Of a stretch of 64,000 bases of DNA, positions 46,707 to 60,664 are shown one piece after another (within the stretch, counting starts at the first letter, position 1; each line of letters starts with the position of its first letter). Location of the stretch: assembly GCF_963921235.1 (NCBI RefSeq), contig NC_086097.1, forward strand, positions 118,856,001-118,920,000, read 5' to 3'. The position numbers and the translations under genes were made by a program. A model generated the notes under the pieces. That model was not told the origin of the DNA, did not search any database, and saw nothing but the letters and a program-made list of their open reading frames with translations. This stretch comes from Mobula hypostoma. Taxonomy: Eukaryota.

Positions 46707-47468
46707 CTACTCATCTTTTCTATGGTTGACCATTCAATGAGATCTGCTGTGTGTTCCCCTATCTTCCCTTTCCTGAAGTCCACAATAATTATTTTTCTTG
46801 TCTCGCAGGCACTGAGAGCTTGGTTGATACTACGCAACCAGCCAACTTATTTCACTCCTGCACACTTCCTTATTGCCATATGAGATTCTGTTAACAACAT
46901 TGCTGTCATTGGCAAATTGACAGATGGATTTGAGCTGTGCATGAGCTTGGAGAGAATAGAGGAAAGAGCTAAGCACTTACCCTTGAGGTGCACCTGTATT
47001 GGTTGTCAGAGAGCAAGGATTTGTTATTGTTCCGTACAGACTGTGGCCTCATGATGAGGAAGTTGGGGATCTAGTTGCAGAGGGAGGTGCAAGTTTTCAA
47101 GCTTGATAATTTGTACTGAGGGGGTAGTAATGTTGAACGCTGAGCTGTAATCAATAAAGTGCAGCCTGACCATAGGTTTTGCTGTTGTCTCTGTGGTCCA
47201 AGGCCAAGAGAAGAGCCAGTAAGATTGCTTCTGCTGTAGACCTGCTTCAGCATTAGGCAGTGGGTCCAGATCCTTTCACAGTCAGCAGTTAATCCTCGCC
47301 ATGAGCAACCTCTCAAAGCTCTTTATCACAGTACTCTTTGCTGCTGACCACTGAGGCAGCTCACTCTGCTCTTCTTGGGTGCCGGTATGACTGCTGCCCT
47401 TTTGAAGTAGGTGGCATCCTCTGACCTCCGGTAGAACCAGGTTGAAGATTTCTTTGAACACTCCCACT
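46707..47468 (-). mobile_element. Rex1/Babar-like RT remnant
   Basis: GVFKEIFNL, IKSFERLLMARI, RKIIIVDFRK. Confidence 0.7.
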
Positions 47469-47661
47469 AATTATTTAGTACAGGGTTATCCTTCAGATTG
47501 CAGCACCAGAGAGACACCAGGCACTGTTGTGTTCTCTGCTTCATAGAGACGTGGCCCACGCCCAACACGCCAGACATAGCACACCAGACTGAGAGCTACG
47601 CCTCCCACCATGTGGACCAGATGATGGTATCATTTAAAGGCAGAGGTAGTGGCATTTGAAA

Positions 47662-48285
47662 ATAGAACACAGAGCATAGGACATAAAATATAAAACATTA
47701 CACCATGTATAGATCCTTCATCCCATGATGTGCCAATGTTTTAACCTACTTCAAGAAAAATCCAACCATTCCCTCCCACATAGTCCTGTATTTTTCGATC
47801 ATCCACATACCTATCTGAGAATTTCTTAAATGTCCATAATTCATCTGTCTCTACCACCACCCCTGGCAGCTTGTTTCACGCACCCACCACTGAGTAAAGA
47901 ATGTACCTCTGACACCTCCATTATACTTTCCTCCAATCACCCTAAAATTATGCCCACCTTTACTAGTTATTTTCACCCTCAGAAAAAGTCTGTCTACCCA
48001 CTCGATCTGTGCCTTTTATCATCTTGTACACCTCTATCAAGTCACCACTTATCCTCCTTCACTCCAAAGAGAAAAACACTAGCCCACTCAGCCTATCTTC
48101 AAAAGACATGTTCTTATGTCTTGTAAGGGAACATCCTCACGAATCTCCGCACTCTCCCTTAAGCAGTTGCATCCTTCCTGTAATGAGGAGATCAAAACTT
48201 AACACGATATTCCAAATATGGTCTAATCAGGATTTTATAGAGCTGCAACATTACCTCGTGGCTCTTGAACTGAATCCTCTGAGTA
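47662..48285 (-). mobile_element. CR1 3' portion
   Basis: Minus strand LEYRVKF..GLVFFSLE..DLIEVYKMIK, plus a CR1 3' UTR. Confidence 0.75.
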
Positions 48286-48882
48286 CTGAATATTTTGCTC
48301 GATGATAAACTTATCATGGTGCACAGACATGATAGTTCTGTTTTAGTCTTGCTTCGGCAAACTGGAACATCTAATAGTCAAGTGCTGATCATTCTAAATG
48401 TTAAGGGAGCTTTTTGTCATCATCCTGGTACATTCTACCCCTGGCCAACATCAGGGTCGCACAGGAGGAGCTGAGTACAATGATACTAGTCACATGACAG
48501 CGCACACTGATGTGACCCTGATTATTGTAAGCCAGCTGGAAGAAAACCTCTGACAAATTACCACCAACAGGTCACCTGTGGAAGCAGAGGCAGCAAAACA
48601 CTGGATCACTGTTACACCACTATCAAGAATGGCTACCATGCCATCCCACACCTGCACTTTGGCAAGTCTGGTCACTAAGCTGTACTTCTACTCCTGGCGT
48701 ACAGGCGGAGACCGAGGACCACAGCACCAGTGGTGAGGACCATGAAGTTATCTTCGAGGGAAGCAGAAGACTACTTTGAATTGCTGGACTGGACCAAGAT
48801 CAGATTTATTTATTAATCACAGCTACATCAAAATGTATTGTGAAATGATCATTTTAGCTAAAAACCGACAAAATCTGAGCAT

Positions 48883-49358
48883 CACACATCAAAGTTGCTG
48901 GTGAACGCAGCAGGCCAGGCAGCATATCTAGGAAGAGGTACAGTCAACGTTTCAGGCCGAGACCCTTCGTCAGGACTAACTGAAGAAACAGCTAGTAAGG
49001 GATTTAAAAGGGGGAGTGGGAGATCCAAAATGATAGGAGAAGACAGGAGGGAGAGGAATGGAGCCAAGAGCTGTACAGATGATTGGCAAAAGGGGTATGA
49101 GAGGATCATGGGACAGGAGGCCCAGGGAGAAGGAAGAGGGTGAGGGGGGGGAAGCCCAGAGGATGGGCAAGGGGTATAGTCAGAGGGACAGAGGGAGAAA
49201 AAGGAGAGTGAGAGAAAGAATGTATGTATATAAATAACCGATGGGGTACGAGGGGGAGATGGGGCATTAGCGGAAGTTAGAGAAGTCAATGTTCATGCCA
49301 TCAGGTTGGAGGCTACCCAGACGGAATATAAGGTGTTGTTCCTCCAACCTGAGTGTGA
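48883..49358 (-). mobile_element. Short PLE insertion (GIY-YIG C-terminus + pLTR)
   Basis: TLRLEEQHLIFRLGSLQPDGMNIDFSNFR*; 8-bp TSD ctgagcat at 48875-48882 / 49359-49366; close to 17202-17670. Confidence 0.92.
48942..48977 (-). ncRNA. Minimal type-I hammerhead ribozyme (intact motif)
   Basis: AGUC-CUGACGA-AGGGUCUCGGCCU-GAAA-CGUU^GACU. Confidence 0.82.
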
Positions 49359-50769
49359 CTGAGCATGTGTTGCTGGGGCAGCCTGCCAGTGTTGCCCCAC
49401 ATTCTGACATCAAAATAGCATGTCCATATTCAGCAGAACCACATGCTGCCAGCATCCAACTAACAACAACAACAGCAAAAAAAAATATCCTTTCCCAGTG
49501 CACGAACCACATACAGAGACAGGCCTCCAACATCACTACAGGCCACTGCACAACAGCCTCAAGAACATGGCCTCCGACCTCCGGAGTCACCAACTTAGGG
49601 GTTTCAACTTTCGGGCTTTGACCTCCAGACAAACCGAACTCTGGGCTTCAAGGGCTGGACTCACTAATTACAGGCCTCTGACCTCAGGACCTGACAACTG
49701 ACCTTTGACATCCAATCCTGGCAGACTCGCTGAAAATGGACCTCTAACCCCAGGACTCACAAACATCAGACCTTGGACTGACCTTAGGGATCACTGGCCT
49801 CTGACCTCACAGAGCTGTGACCTGTATTCCGACCTATGGTTCCTTCCCCTAATTCTTCATTTGCTGCCCTGACCTCTCACTCTACTTATCCCCATCTCTA
49901 CCCCTATCATGACACCTAGCTTTCTATACTGTACCCAAAAGCCATCCCTATAGACCTAGAACACTTAAAGAACCTAAAAGCTGTACTTGGAAATTCATTT
50001 TCAGATCTGAATGGATATGCCACAGTTGTTAACAACTTCACCAAGACCTATGTGGATGAGTGTATGCCTTCGAGATTATTCCATATATACCCGAAACTGA
50101 AGCTAAGGACAAGCCAGGAGTTTCACAGTCTGCTGAGGCCTGTTGTGTCCAAGAGTGGTGATCCAGAATTTTTGAAGAAGTCCATGTTCAACCTATGAAA
50201 AGTCAATGTAAGAGTGAAAAGGAATTCTATGTGAAGTTAAAGACAGAACCTGGATGCATGACAGATGTGGCTGTATTTGCATGTCATTACTTCCTTCGAG
50301 GCAAATTCTAACAGTATTAATGTCTGTGATGTTTCACTCCCTAATGAGCTCAATGCATTTTGTGTTTGCCTTGAAAGGGAGAATTAATCTACACCTGTGT
50401 TAATCCCCACAGCATCTGTCGACCTTGTAATCTCAATCTTGGAGGCCGACATCAGAACATCCTTTAAGAGAGTGAACCCTTGCAAGGCATCAGTCCCTGA
50501 TGGTGGGCCTGGCAGGGGACGAAACCTTGCATGCAAACTGAAAGGTATGATTATTTCTGATGACTCCTTATGTGTCAACATTAACTGGACTTTAAAGAGC
50601 CACCTGGTACAGCTTCCTTCAAGCTAGGAAGATAGCACGCTAGATTGTTGCATTTTCTCTTTTTAGTGAGATGTTCTGCCAACAATTACTAAGGTTTTCA
50701 CTCAATCTTCTCCTCATCAGTGCAATCACTGGCGGGTCTCCACAACCAGATGAAATGATGTGGCCATGT

Positions 50770-51066
50770 TTGTTTATTTATTTATTTATTGTGATACAGC
50801 ATGGAGTTGGCTCTTCCAGCTCTTCAAGCTGTGATGAACAGCAATCCCCCCAAGTTAATACTAGCCTAATTATGGAACAATTTACAATGACTAATTTACC
50901 TACCAACCAGTACGTCTTTAGACTGTGGGAGGAAACCAGATCACCTGAAGGAAATCCTCACAATTACAGGGAGAACATACAAAAAGGTTATAGCCAACGT
51001 CAAGAATTGAACCCCAGTTGGCTGTAATGTAAAGCATTGTGCTAATCACTACGCCACAATACCATG
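50770..51066 (-). mobile_element. V-SINE
   Basis: tacgtctttagactgtgggaggaaaccaga..; gaattgaaccc (inverse B box); (TTTA)n tail. Confidence 0.7.
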
Positions 51067-51384
51067 TCTAACCACTCAGGACTGGATTTGAATCTTAGAG
51101 CAGGATACATGACCGTCAGCAAAAACCCTGCTCCACTACAGATTTCAGAGTCACTGCATCCCATTCTGACCACTCTGATGATAATTGAGTTCACAGGCTC
51201 ATGTTCTGCAACCAGTCATCACTGTGTGGGAAGACCAATGCTCTCATACTTCATTGATATCTCCATGAAGATTAAAGTCATGTTGTTTCTCAACTCCCCT
51301 GTCACATGGTCTTTCCAAGTGGCCTATAGATTTCTGCCATGCCCATTAGCTTTCTGCTTACTGCTGCATCAGTGAGGCAACCAA

Positions 51385-51665
51385 GACACTGCATTTTACC
51401 AAAGCATTGTATATTAAAATTGGGTGATGCACAATCTGATTCATGTTCTGGTATGAAGAGGGCACTGCACAGGACTGGAAATAGCTGCAGATGGTTGAAA
51501 ACTCAGCCAGATCCATCATGGGTATTACCCCCAACATCGAGGACATCTTCAAAAGCCAATACCTCAAAAAAGGCAGCATCCGTCATTACGGACCAGCACC
51601 ACCTAGTTACATGCCCTTCACCCATTATAGCCATCAAAGTGGAGATGCAAGAGCCCAAAGAGACT
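51385..51665 (+). mobile_element. Rex1/L2-like LINE 3' remnant
   Basis: LQMVENSARSIMGITPNIEDIFKSQYLKK..IITDQHH. Confidence 0.55.
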
Positions 51666-52931
51666 TATTGTAAATAAACTTATTGTAAATGTAATTAGGT
51701 TCCAGAAACTTGTAATTAGTCTTCAGTGTTTTTTGTAAATTGAAAACAATAGATTGATATTACAAGCACAGGCTGCCCCACAGACCAAGAGATTGCATGT
51801 GCATCAGCCACGTGTTAAGACAATTGTGTCAATCTTCTGACATTTTACTGCACAGCCCTTGAAGGTATACTGTGACTGACAGCCGCATTGCAACAAACAC
51901 AGGCTGCTGTAAAGAGAACAGGTAGTTCGTGTTGTTGATGCTGTGTGGATCAGGAAATGAAGACAGCTCTGACAGCTTGAAGGCAGCACCGGAGCGGATA
52001 ACACAATTCAAGTTTATTCTTTTTCACTGATACATGCTTAAATCCAACAACATTCTTAGAACGCACGAAAACCTCACAGTGGATTTCAATCTTATCTTGA
52101 GTCATTGAATCATTATCATGAATCTTGAAACATTATGAAACATTTCCAAATTACAAACCATTTCTATAATCTACAGCATTCAGTGTTTCTTAAACACAAA
52201 GGATAAATCATAAAGCAAAAAGGACAAATGATTTCTGAAACACAGGTACAATTCCTATAAACTAAAATGACATATCAAAGATACAGACAAACAAATTGTC
52301 CATTGCAGAAACTAAAGCTGGAGTGATGGATTCTAGTTCTTCCATGTTTCTTTATGTTTCGTACCTCATGAGCCTGAACTGTTCTCTACATTTATACCCT
52401 TTCCTGCTACTTGAGTGACCGTACAAGCATGTGATATTTCCTCAGATACCCTTTTAACACAAATGATCTAAAACCATTTTTGGAGACATAGGTCTTAGCA
52501 AGCTACCACTGATGCTGTAAAACTAACTTCTGAGTGCATAAAATTCTTCCAACTATAAACATATCAGTTATTGATAATGCTAAATGACATTATCCATCTG
52601 CTCTGCAAGCTACCTTAAATGAAGCACCTTAGGGGTCAGCCTGTCTGTTTGAAATGACCCAAATTAAACAGCTCATTGTCTTGCATTAATAAAGCAGAAG
52701 CAGTGTCTCTTTATAGACGGGATGCTATCTAAATACAGAGCCTATTTGCAAAGCTGTTATATAAAGAGTGCATTTTAACCTTCAAGCTGTCTTTTATTTA
52801 TATTTTAAAAACTGAAGACTGACTTCCATTTATGTCCAGATGTTAAACAAAGCAATATAGTTGAAAGTTTACTTATATGTATTGGTGACCTTTCAAATAG
52901 TAGCTGCTATTTAGAAAGCAAGTTTAGCAAA

Positions 52932-52986
52932 CATAGTCATAGTCATAGTCATAGTCATACTTTATTGATCCCGAGGGAAATTGGTT
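52932..52986 (-). mobile_element. Ultra-short Rex1/Babar tail insertion
   Basis: (catagt)n followed by catactttattgatcccgagggaaattggtt, matching the tails at 16776 and 58561; aaacat on both sides. Confidence 0.7.
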
Positions 52987-53044
52987 AAACATCAGATAGA
53001 AGCAATTATCTATCACAACTTGACAGAGTGGTAGAGCATTTAAA

Positions 53045-53310
53045 GAGCAAAAGTTTAGGGGTAACATGAGGGGGAACTTCTTTACTCAGAGAGTGGTAGC
53101 TGTGTGGAACGAGCTTCCAGCAGAAGTGGTTGAGGCAGGTTCGATGTTGTCGTTTAAACTTAATTTGCACAACTAGATGGACAGGAAAGGAATGGAGGTT
53201 ATGGGCTGAGTGCAGGTCAGTGGGACTAGGTGAGAGTAAGAGTTTGGCATGACTAGAAGGGCCGAGATGGCCTGTTTCTGTGCTGTAATTGTTATATGGT
53301 TATATGGTTT
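53045..53310 (+). mobile_element. CR1 3' end (same subfamily as 9680-13830)
   Basis: Close inverse of 9680-9950; tail gttatatggttatatggtt. Confidence 0.88.
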
Positions 53311-53864
53311 TATGTAATAAAAGTGATTCTGACTAAAGTAAAATTGCAGGAAAATGGGACTTTTTTGGTCAATCTGGTGGTGCCTTACAGATTAAAAAAA
53401 AGTCTTCATTTTGTCTGCAGTGTGCTGCAAAATCTTTTCTAACAAAGGCAGGAGAAGGCAAATGTATCAATATACCTAGGGCCTGGAGGGTAATACGAGC
53501 AAGGAATTTAGAAAGAGGAGGGGTAGGTACCAGGGAAGTGTCTCTGTTCAGTCACCACAGCATCTTTTGTCTGACAAATGACAGAGAGAAGCATTGACCA
53601 AAAAGAATAAAAGAGGCTCTCTAATGGAAAGAACATTTCCATCAGAAACCTCTAGAATAAAATTCAATATAAGCCAAATGACTCTGGGCTCAATACAATC
53701 CTTAATGCTGACAATAATCAGTGCATTAGGAGTGTATAGATGGTTCTTTAGTTTTTTTAAGTTTTACTTTTACGTGACATATTACTGGGTTATGGCCACT
53801 ATTACAGTCTGCACCTGGATATGTTTTGCATTGAGTCACTGAGTTTCTAAGTCTTTGGTTTATA

Positions 53865-55310
53865 GTAATAAAGTCAACTTAAAAAAACTAAAGAAGCAAA
53901 ATCCTGAATAATCTTTTGACTACTCACAATTAATTAAAGAAGAAAACTTAAGACAAAAATTTATAGTAAGGAATAGATTTCAAAGTCTAGAAATAGAATC
54001 TGTTGAAGATGATAGTAATCATGCAGAAATGAAGATTAATTCTCTGAAGGATGCCTTGGTAGAATCAGCAAAGTCAGTGATTCCTAAAAAAGAAAAAAGC
54101 ACAAAGAATAAATGGATGAAAGATGAAATCAAAAATCTAATGGAAGAAAGGAGACTGAAGAAAGTAAATCCTATGGAATATAAGTCCTTAGATAAAAAAG
54201 TTAAAGGCTTATGTCAAAAAGCCAAAGAAGAATGGTTAAACTAGGAATGTGAACAACTAGAAAGAATCCCTACTACTGATCCAAAAAGGGTACAAATCAA
54301 GAATATCATTGGTAAAAAGCCCCTCTGTTCTTCAGGTGGATGTTTGAAAGCAAAGGACGGTACCATAATCTTAGAAAAAGATGAGATTATGAACAGATGG
54401 ACTGAGTATATTCAGGAATTATTTGAAGATGATCAAGGTGAAGAAACAGAAATTAAGAAGAAAATTGAAGGTCCAAGTATTTTAAAATCTGAAGCTCGTA
54501 ATGCAATACATAAGATGAAGAAAGGAAAGGTGGCAGATCCTGATGAATTAGTAATAGAACAAATTATCACCCTTGAAGATTATGGAATTGAAAAACTTAC
54601 TGATTTAATCAATGACATTTATGAGACTGGAACAATACCAGAAGAGGTGAAAAAATCAGTACTTATCACTCTTCCTAAGAAACCTGCAGCAATAGAATGT
54701 GAATTACATAGGATTATAAGTTTAATGAGTCATATCACTAAGATACTTCTAAGAATTTTGATGACAAGAGCTAGAAGTAAGATACAAGCTGAAATAGGTA
54801 AAGAACAACGTGGTTTTGTGAAAGACGAAGGTACAAGAAATACGATATTGATGTTAAGGATACTATCAGAATGAGTTATCCATGTGCAGAAAGATTTGTT
54901 TGTTTGTTTTATCGACTACACAAAAGCATTTGATAAAGTGAAGCACAATAAGTTCATTGAAATATTACAGGAAACTCTAGATTTAGATTCGAAAGACCTC
55001 CGCCTAATCAGAAATCTGTACTGGGAACAAACTGCCACTGTAAGAATAGATGGAGAAGTGAATCAGTTTACAAAAATCAAGAGAGGCGTTAGACAAGGGT
55101 GTGTTTTCTCCCCTGATTTGTTTAGTGTGTACAGTGAAACAATATTCCAAAAAATAAGAGACATCTTAGGAATCGAAGTTGGCGGTGAAAACATCAATAA
55201 TTTCAGATATGCGGATGACACTGTGTTCATTGCAAGTACAGAGGAAGAACTACAAAACTTAATTGATATAGTTGTTGAAGAAAGTGCCAAAAATGGGTCT
55301 ATCTATCAAT
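53865..55310 (+). pseudogene. RTE-clade LINE ORF fragment (linker + RT N-half), 3'-truncated
   Basis: RWTEYIQELF, KMKKGKVADPD, LPKKP..CELHRIISLMSH, EQRGF, FIDYTKAFD, YADD; close to 39675-40155. Confidence 0.92.
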
Positions 55311-55414
55311 TACAAATTACAAATATATATATATAACAAATAAGGTGTGCATAAAGAGAGCAAAATGAGGCCGTGTACATGGGTTGATTAACTGAAGCAG
55401 CTGTTTCTAACACA

Positions 55415-55900
55415 CTGCATTCCACACTTGCCTCTCTTTTGCAGTTTATGTAAATGAAAAAACTTTTGGTATCCTCTTCAAAATTTTTGGGTAGCTGACT
55501 TTCGTATTCCATCTTTACCAGAAACTCCAGCCATTGCTGTCATCCCTGTCAGTGCTTTATTCCAATTGATTCTGACCAACTCCCTCTCATGCCTCTGTAA
55601 TTTCTTTAACTCCACTGTAATACTGATACATCTGACTTTAGCTTCTCCTTCTGACATTTCAGGGTAAATTTGATCATACTATGATCACTTCCCTTAGGGG
55701 TTCTTTTCCCTTAAGCTCTCAAATCAATTCCAGTTCATTGCACAACACCCAATTCAAAAAATGCTGATCTCCTAGTGGGCTCAACAATGAGCTACTTTAA
55801 AAACCCATTTTGTAGGCATTATAGAAGTTCCCCCTTTCAGAATCCCACATCAACCTGATTTTCCCAATCTACCTGCATATTGAAATCCTCCATGACTATT
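55415..55900 (-). mobile_element. CR1 ORF2 fragment
   Basis: IVMEDFNMQVDWENQ (APE), EEDTKSFFIYINCKRE. Confidence 0.7.
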
Positions 55901-56500
55901 GTAACAATGTATAAACTATAAACCTTGAAATTTGTCTGCTTATAGGCAAACTCAAAGCAAGAAACTTGATTAACCCAATTAAAAATAAAAGACCAAAAAC
56001 CACTGCACATGATGAAGGAGGGAAAAAAAAACATTGTGCAAACAATAGAAGCAAGCCAACAGCATCCCGAACCAGACTGAGTCCCAGATCCCCTCTTGGA
56101 GCAGACAAACCTTGATCCCCAGCTTTCACACCAGTGGGTCAAGAATGCACAGCAACCAGCTCAGTTCTCAGACCTGGTGCCGTGGGAGAGCAAACAAGAA
56201 ACAACCCGAACCTTGCCTCCGTATCTGACACTTGGGCTTCTAGTCTATCTGGGGTGACCTTCAAATTGTTCAAGCACCGAGTAGTGCCATCCTCCAGGAC
56301 CCAGATCCAGACATGGCGACGCACCCAGGCTACCCAACCTGAAGCCGTTCTGGATCTTGTCAAATCAGCTTGCCGCTTGTTTGGATCCAACCTCACACCC
56401 AGGTTAGGTGGACAGGCATCAAAAATCTCCCACAATGACTCCTCTCCAAATCACTCCCTCCATCTCCGGTAGCAATACCAACTCTGACTGCGTCCACGGT
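55900..56500 (-). mobile_element. Non-autonomous retroposon (same family as 25880-26510)
   Basis: Shared internal motifs and LINE-type tail. Confidence 0.6.
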
Positions 56501-57248
56501 GGCTCGAACAGCTATAATCACTGGGATTCAAGAACATTCTTTAGGACTATACCCTTCCCAATCCACAGGGTACTGTAATTTACTACATCCCCAGCAAATT
56601 CCACAAGGCTCCACACAGTATAGGCCAAGGAACCATTTACCAAGCAGGGAGGAGGGGAAGGTGGGGTGACTGGGGCCGGGGGAAGAGGTAGTAATCGATT
56701 GAGCTGGGAAACATGAAATACTGGATGGATCTTCAGCGATGCTGGTGGACACAATCTATAGGACACCTTGTTGACAGCCTTTTCCACTACAAATGACCCC
56801 ACATAGCACAGAGCCAATTTGCTGCTCTTGACTTTCAGTGGAAGATCCCTTAATGCAAACTAGACGACCTCTCCTGGCTTGAATGGTCTCACCTGTCAGC
56901 AGAGATGACCAGCCTGCTGAGCATGTTGTTTTTGGGCGCACAACAAAGAGGCTCTGCTTCGTTTCCAGGTGTGCTTGAACCCATGGATAAGCTGTTCAGC
57001 AGCAGGAACTCTTCCCTGGTTAAGGAAGAGCAGTGGCTCGAATACCTTCTGGTATTCAAAGGAGAACATAGCCATGGAGGACAACTGTGGGTTCTTGTGG
57101 GTAATCTCTGCCCAAACCAATTGGGAGCTCCAGGATGTGGGTTTGGAAAAGGCAAGGCAGTGCAGGGTTGTCTCCAACTTCTTATTCTCTCAGTCTGGCC
57201 ATTGTATTGGGGGTGGAAACCAGACAAGATGTTGGCTTCTGCAAGAGA

Positions 57249-57535
57249 ATCAGAATCAGAATCGGGTTTATTATCGCTGGCATGTGATGTGAAATTTGTT
57301 AACTTAGCTGCAGCATTTCAATGCAATACATAATCTAGCAAGAGAAAAAAGTATTAATAATAAATGAACATAATAATAATAAATAAACAATTAAATCAAT
57401 TACACATATTGAATAGATTTTTAAAAACGTGCAAAAACAGAAATATTGTATATTTAAAAAGAAGTGAGATAGTGTCCAAAGATTCAATGGCCATTTAGGA
57501 ATCAGACGGCAGAGGGGAAGAAGCTCTTCCCCTGA
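57249..57535 (-). mobile_element. LINE 3' tail with (CTGATT)n inserted in Gypsy integrase
   Basis: TSD aagaga at 57243-57248 / 57536-57541. Confidence 0.75.
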
Positions 57536-58560
57536 AAGAGAGCAGAAAGCCTTCCAAAAGCAGAAAGAGAAATGTGGTCCATGATCAGACACTATATCTT
57601 GAGGGAAGCCGTGGAGCCTGAACACAAGTTGAACCATGAGTGTGGGTGTCTTATGAGCTAACGGGATCTTAGAGAGGGCAATGAAGTGGGTAGCTTTGGA
57701 AAATTGATCACAGCAACCAAAATGGTAGTATCTCAAGAGGTGGAACCAGAGGTCCTGAGGACCGGTCATAGCAGACCTGCAGGATTTTGGTGTGACGTCT
57801 TGCTCTGAGTGCAGGTGGGACAGGCAGATATAAAGTCGTGGACATCTTGGGCATAGATGGCCATCAAAACTGTCTCTTAATAAACTCCTGGGACTTTTGA
57901 ATACCCAGATGGCAAGCTGGACAGAAGGAGCGACCTGATTCCAACTCTTTAGAGCACAATGTTGCAGGGACAAACTGCAGATTGGGAGGTCCCCCATTTG
58001 GGCCTGGGTCTGACTGCTGAGCGGCCCTCACCTCCACCTCTATTGCACAGATTACTGGAGCGGCAACGTACAAGTGAGGAAGGATGGGCTCTGGATTAGC
58101 ATTGTTCTCAGATCCATCAAACGGCCAGGAGAGATCTTTGGCCTTGGTACTCTTGCAGCCAGATTGACAAGTGAGGATGAAGATAAAGCGGGTGAAGAAG
58201 AGAGCCCACCAAGCTTGATGGGAGTTGCGTCTCTTTGTGTCCTGAATGTAGGAGAGATGCTTATGATCTATTCTAGTCAAGAAAGGATGGATGTACTGTC
58301 CTGTTCAGCCAGTGTTGCCATCCCTCCAGGGCCTCCTTGACAGCCAGAAGTTCCCAGTTCCCAACATCGTAATCACTCTCAGTTGGAGTCAAGCGACGGG
58401 GATAAAAGACACATGGGTGCAGCCAGCTATCTGAAGGTGAGGACAGCTCCAATGTTGACATCGATGCATCCACCTTGACTATGAATGGCCATGATACGTC
58501 TGAGTGTTGCAGTATGGGGGCAATGGTGAAACACTGCTTTAACTCCAAAAATGTTGGTCA

Positions 58561-59874
58561 TAGTCATAGTCATACTTTATTGATCCCGGGGGAAATTCGT
58601 TTTTGTTACAGTTGCACCATAAATAATAAATAGTAATAAAACCATAAATAGTTGAATAGTAATACGTAAATTATGCCAGGAAATAAGTCCATGAACAGCC
58701 TATTGGCTTAGGGTGTCTGACCCTCCAAGGGAGGAGTTGTAAAGTTTGATGGCCACAGGCAGGAATGACTTCCTATGACGCTCTGTGTTGCATCTCGGTG
58801 GAATGAGTCTCTGGCTGAATGTACTCCTGTGACCAACCAGTACATTATGTAGTGGATGGGAGATATTGTCCAAGATGGCATGCAGATTGGACAGCATCCT
58901 CTTTTTAGACACCACCGTCGGAGAGTCCAGTTCCATCCCCACAACATCACTGGCCTTACGAATGAGTTTGTTGATTCTGTTGGTGTCTGCTACCCTCATC
59001 CTGCTGCCCCAGCACACAACAGCAAACATGATAGCACTGGCCACCACAGACTCGTAGAACATCCTCAGCATCGTCCGGCAGATGTTAAGGACCTCAATTT
59101 CCTCAGGAAATAGAGACGGCTCTGACCCTTCTTGTAGACAGCCTCAGTGTTCCTTGACCTGTCCAGTTTATTGTCAATTCGTATCCCCAGATATTTGTAA
59201 TCCTCCACCATGTCCACACTGACCCCCTGGATGGAAATAGGGGTCACCAGTACCTTAGCTCTCCTCAGGTCTACCACCAACTCCTTAGTCTTTTTCACAT
59301 TAAGCTGCAGATAATTCTGCTCACACCATGTGACAAAGTTTCCTACCGTAGCCCTGTACTCAGCCTCATTTCCCTTGCTGATGCATCCAACTATGGCAGA
59401 GTCATCAGAGAACTTCTGAAGATGACAAGACTCTGTGCAGTAGTTGAAGTCCGAGGTGTAAATGGTGAAGAGAAAGGGAGACAAGACAGTCCCCTGTGGA
59501 GCCCCAGTGCTGCTGATCACTCTGTCGGGCACACAGTGTTGCAAGCGCACGTACTGTGGTCTGCCAGTCAGGTAATCAAGAATCCATGACACCAGGGAAG
59601 CATCCACCTGCATCGCCGTCAGCTTCTCCCCCAGCAGAGCAGGGCGGATGGTGTTGAATGCACTGGAGAAGTCAAAAAACATGATCCTCACAGTGCTCGC
59701 TGGCTTGTCCAGGTGGGCGTAGACACGGTTCAGCAGGTAGATGATGGCATCCTCAACTCCTAGTCGGGGCTGGTAGGCGAACTGGAGGGGATCTAAGTGT
59801 GGCCTGACCATAGGCCAGAGCAGCACCAGAACAAGTCTCTCCAGGGTCCTCATGATGTGGGAGACCAATGCTAA
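58561..59874 (-). mobile_element. Young Rex1/Babar-like LINE, 5'-truncated, RT nearly intact
   Basis: 267-aa plus 123-aa ORFs (LDPLQFAY, FFDFSSAFNTI, GAPQGTVLSP, KFSDDS, KYLG) separated by one frameshift; TSD tggtca at 58555-58560 / 59875-59880. Confidence 0.95.
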
Positions 59875-60664
59875 TGGTCAGCACCGTCCGTCCACTGGTA
59901 TCCTGCGGAGGTCTTCCTGGTGAGTGCACTTATAGGAACCACGATAGAGCTGAAATTTCAGATGAAGTGGCGATAAAAATTTGCAAACGCCATGAAGCAG
60001 CACACCTGTTGGACTGTAAATGGTTTGGGCTACTCTGTAACTGCCTGAACTCTACTAGGGTCCATTCCAACACTGAATGAGGTAAGTATATAGCCCAAAA
60101 GTAACACCTGACCTTTATGGAATTCATATCCCTCGGGTCTGATGTACAGGTTATTTTCAAGGAGCCTTCTGAAAACCCTGAGGACATGCTGGATGTGTTC
60201 CCGATGAGAGCGGGAATAGATTAGCATGTTGTCTAAATACACAAATACAAACTGGTTCAACATATCCCTGAGCACATTGTTTATTAAGGCTTGGAAAACA
60301 GTGGGGGTGTTGGCCAGACTAAAGGATATCACAAATTACTCATAGTAGCCATTAGAGGTGTTGAAAGCCAACAAAATGTTGGAATGACCGGGTTGTGAGG
60401 TTTCCTTGCTCCCATAAGGCATTGAACAGACTGAGTGGAGGTCCATCTAGAAGATCGGCCATGTATGCCAGTTTTTATCCTCACCAAAATAACCAGGCTG
60501 GGCTTGGAATGTCAGCTCATATTGGGTAATAAAATTTCTCCAATCATCAGGATCACCAGAGTATCTGCCTGGTGTTGGAATACTCAGATCTTGCATGGAT
60601 GACGGTATCTGTGGTTGTCCAAAAGTGTGAATCAGTCCTGGCCCAGGCACGGGAGTGGGAGCAG

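Larger units (their letters stand above)
47495..50545 (+). mobile_element. Rex1/Babar-like LINE endonuclease/linker remnant with nested insertions
   Basis: QRDTRHCCVLCFIETW (about 47510), TLDHCYTT..FGKSGH (about 48600-48675), LEADIRTSFKRVNPCKASVPDG (about 50440-50500). Confidence 0.7.

Noticed and set aside
60447..60650. Domesticated gag gene (PEG10/RTL-like)
   Set aside because: It is short, interrupted by a LINE and embedded in a decayed Gypsy element.
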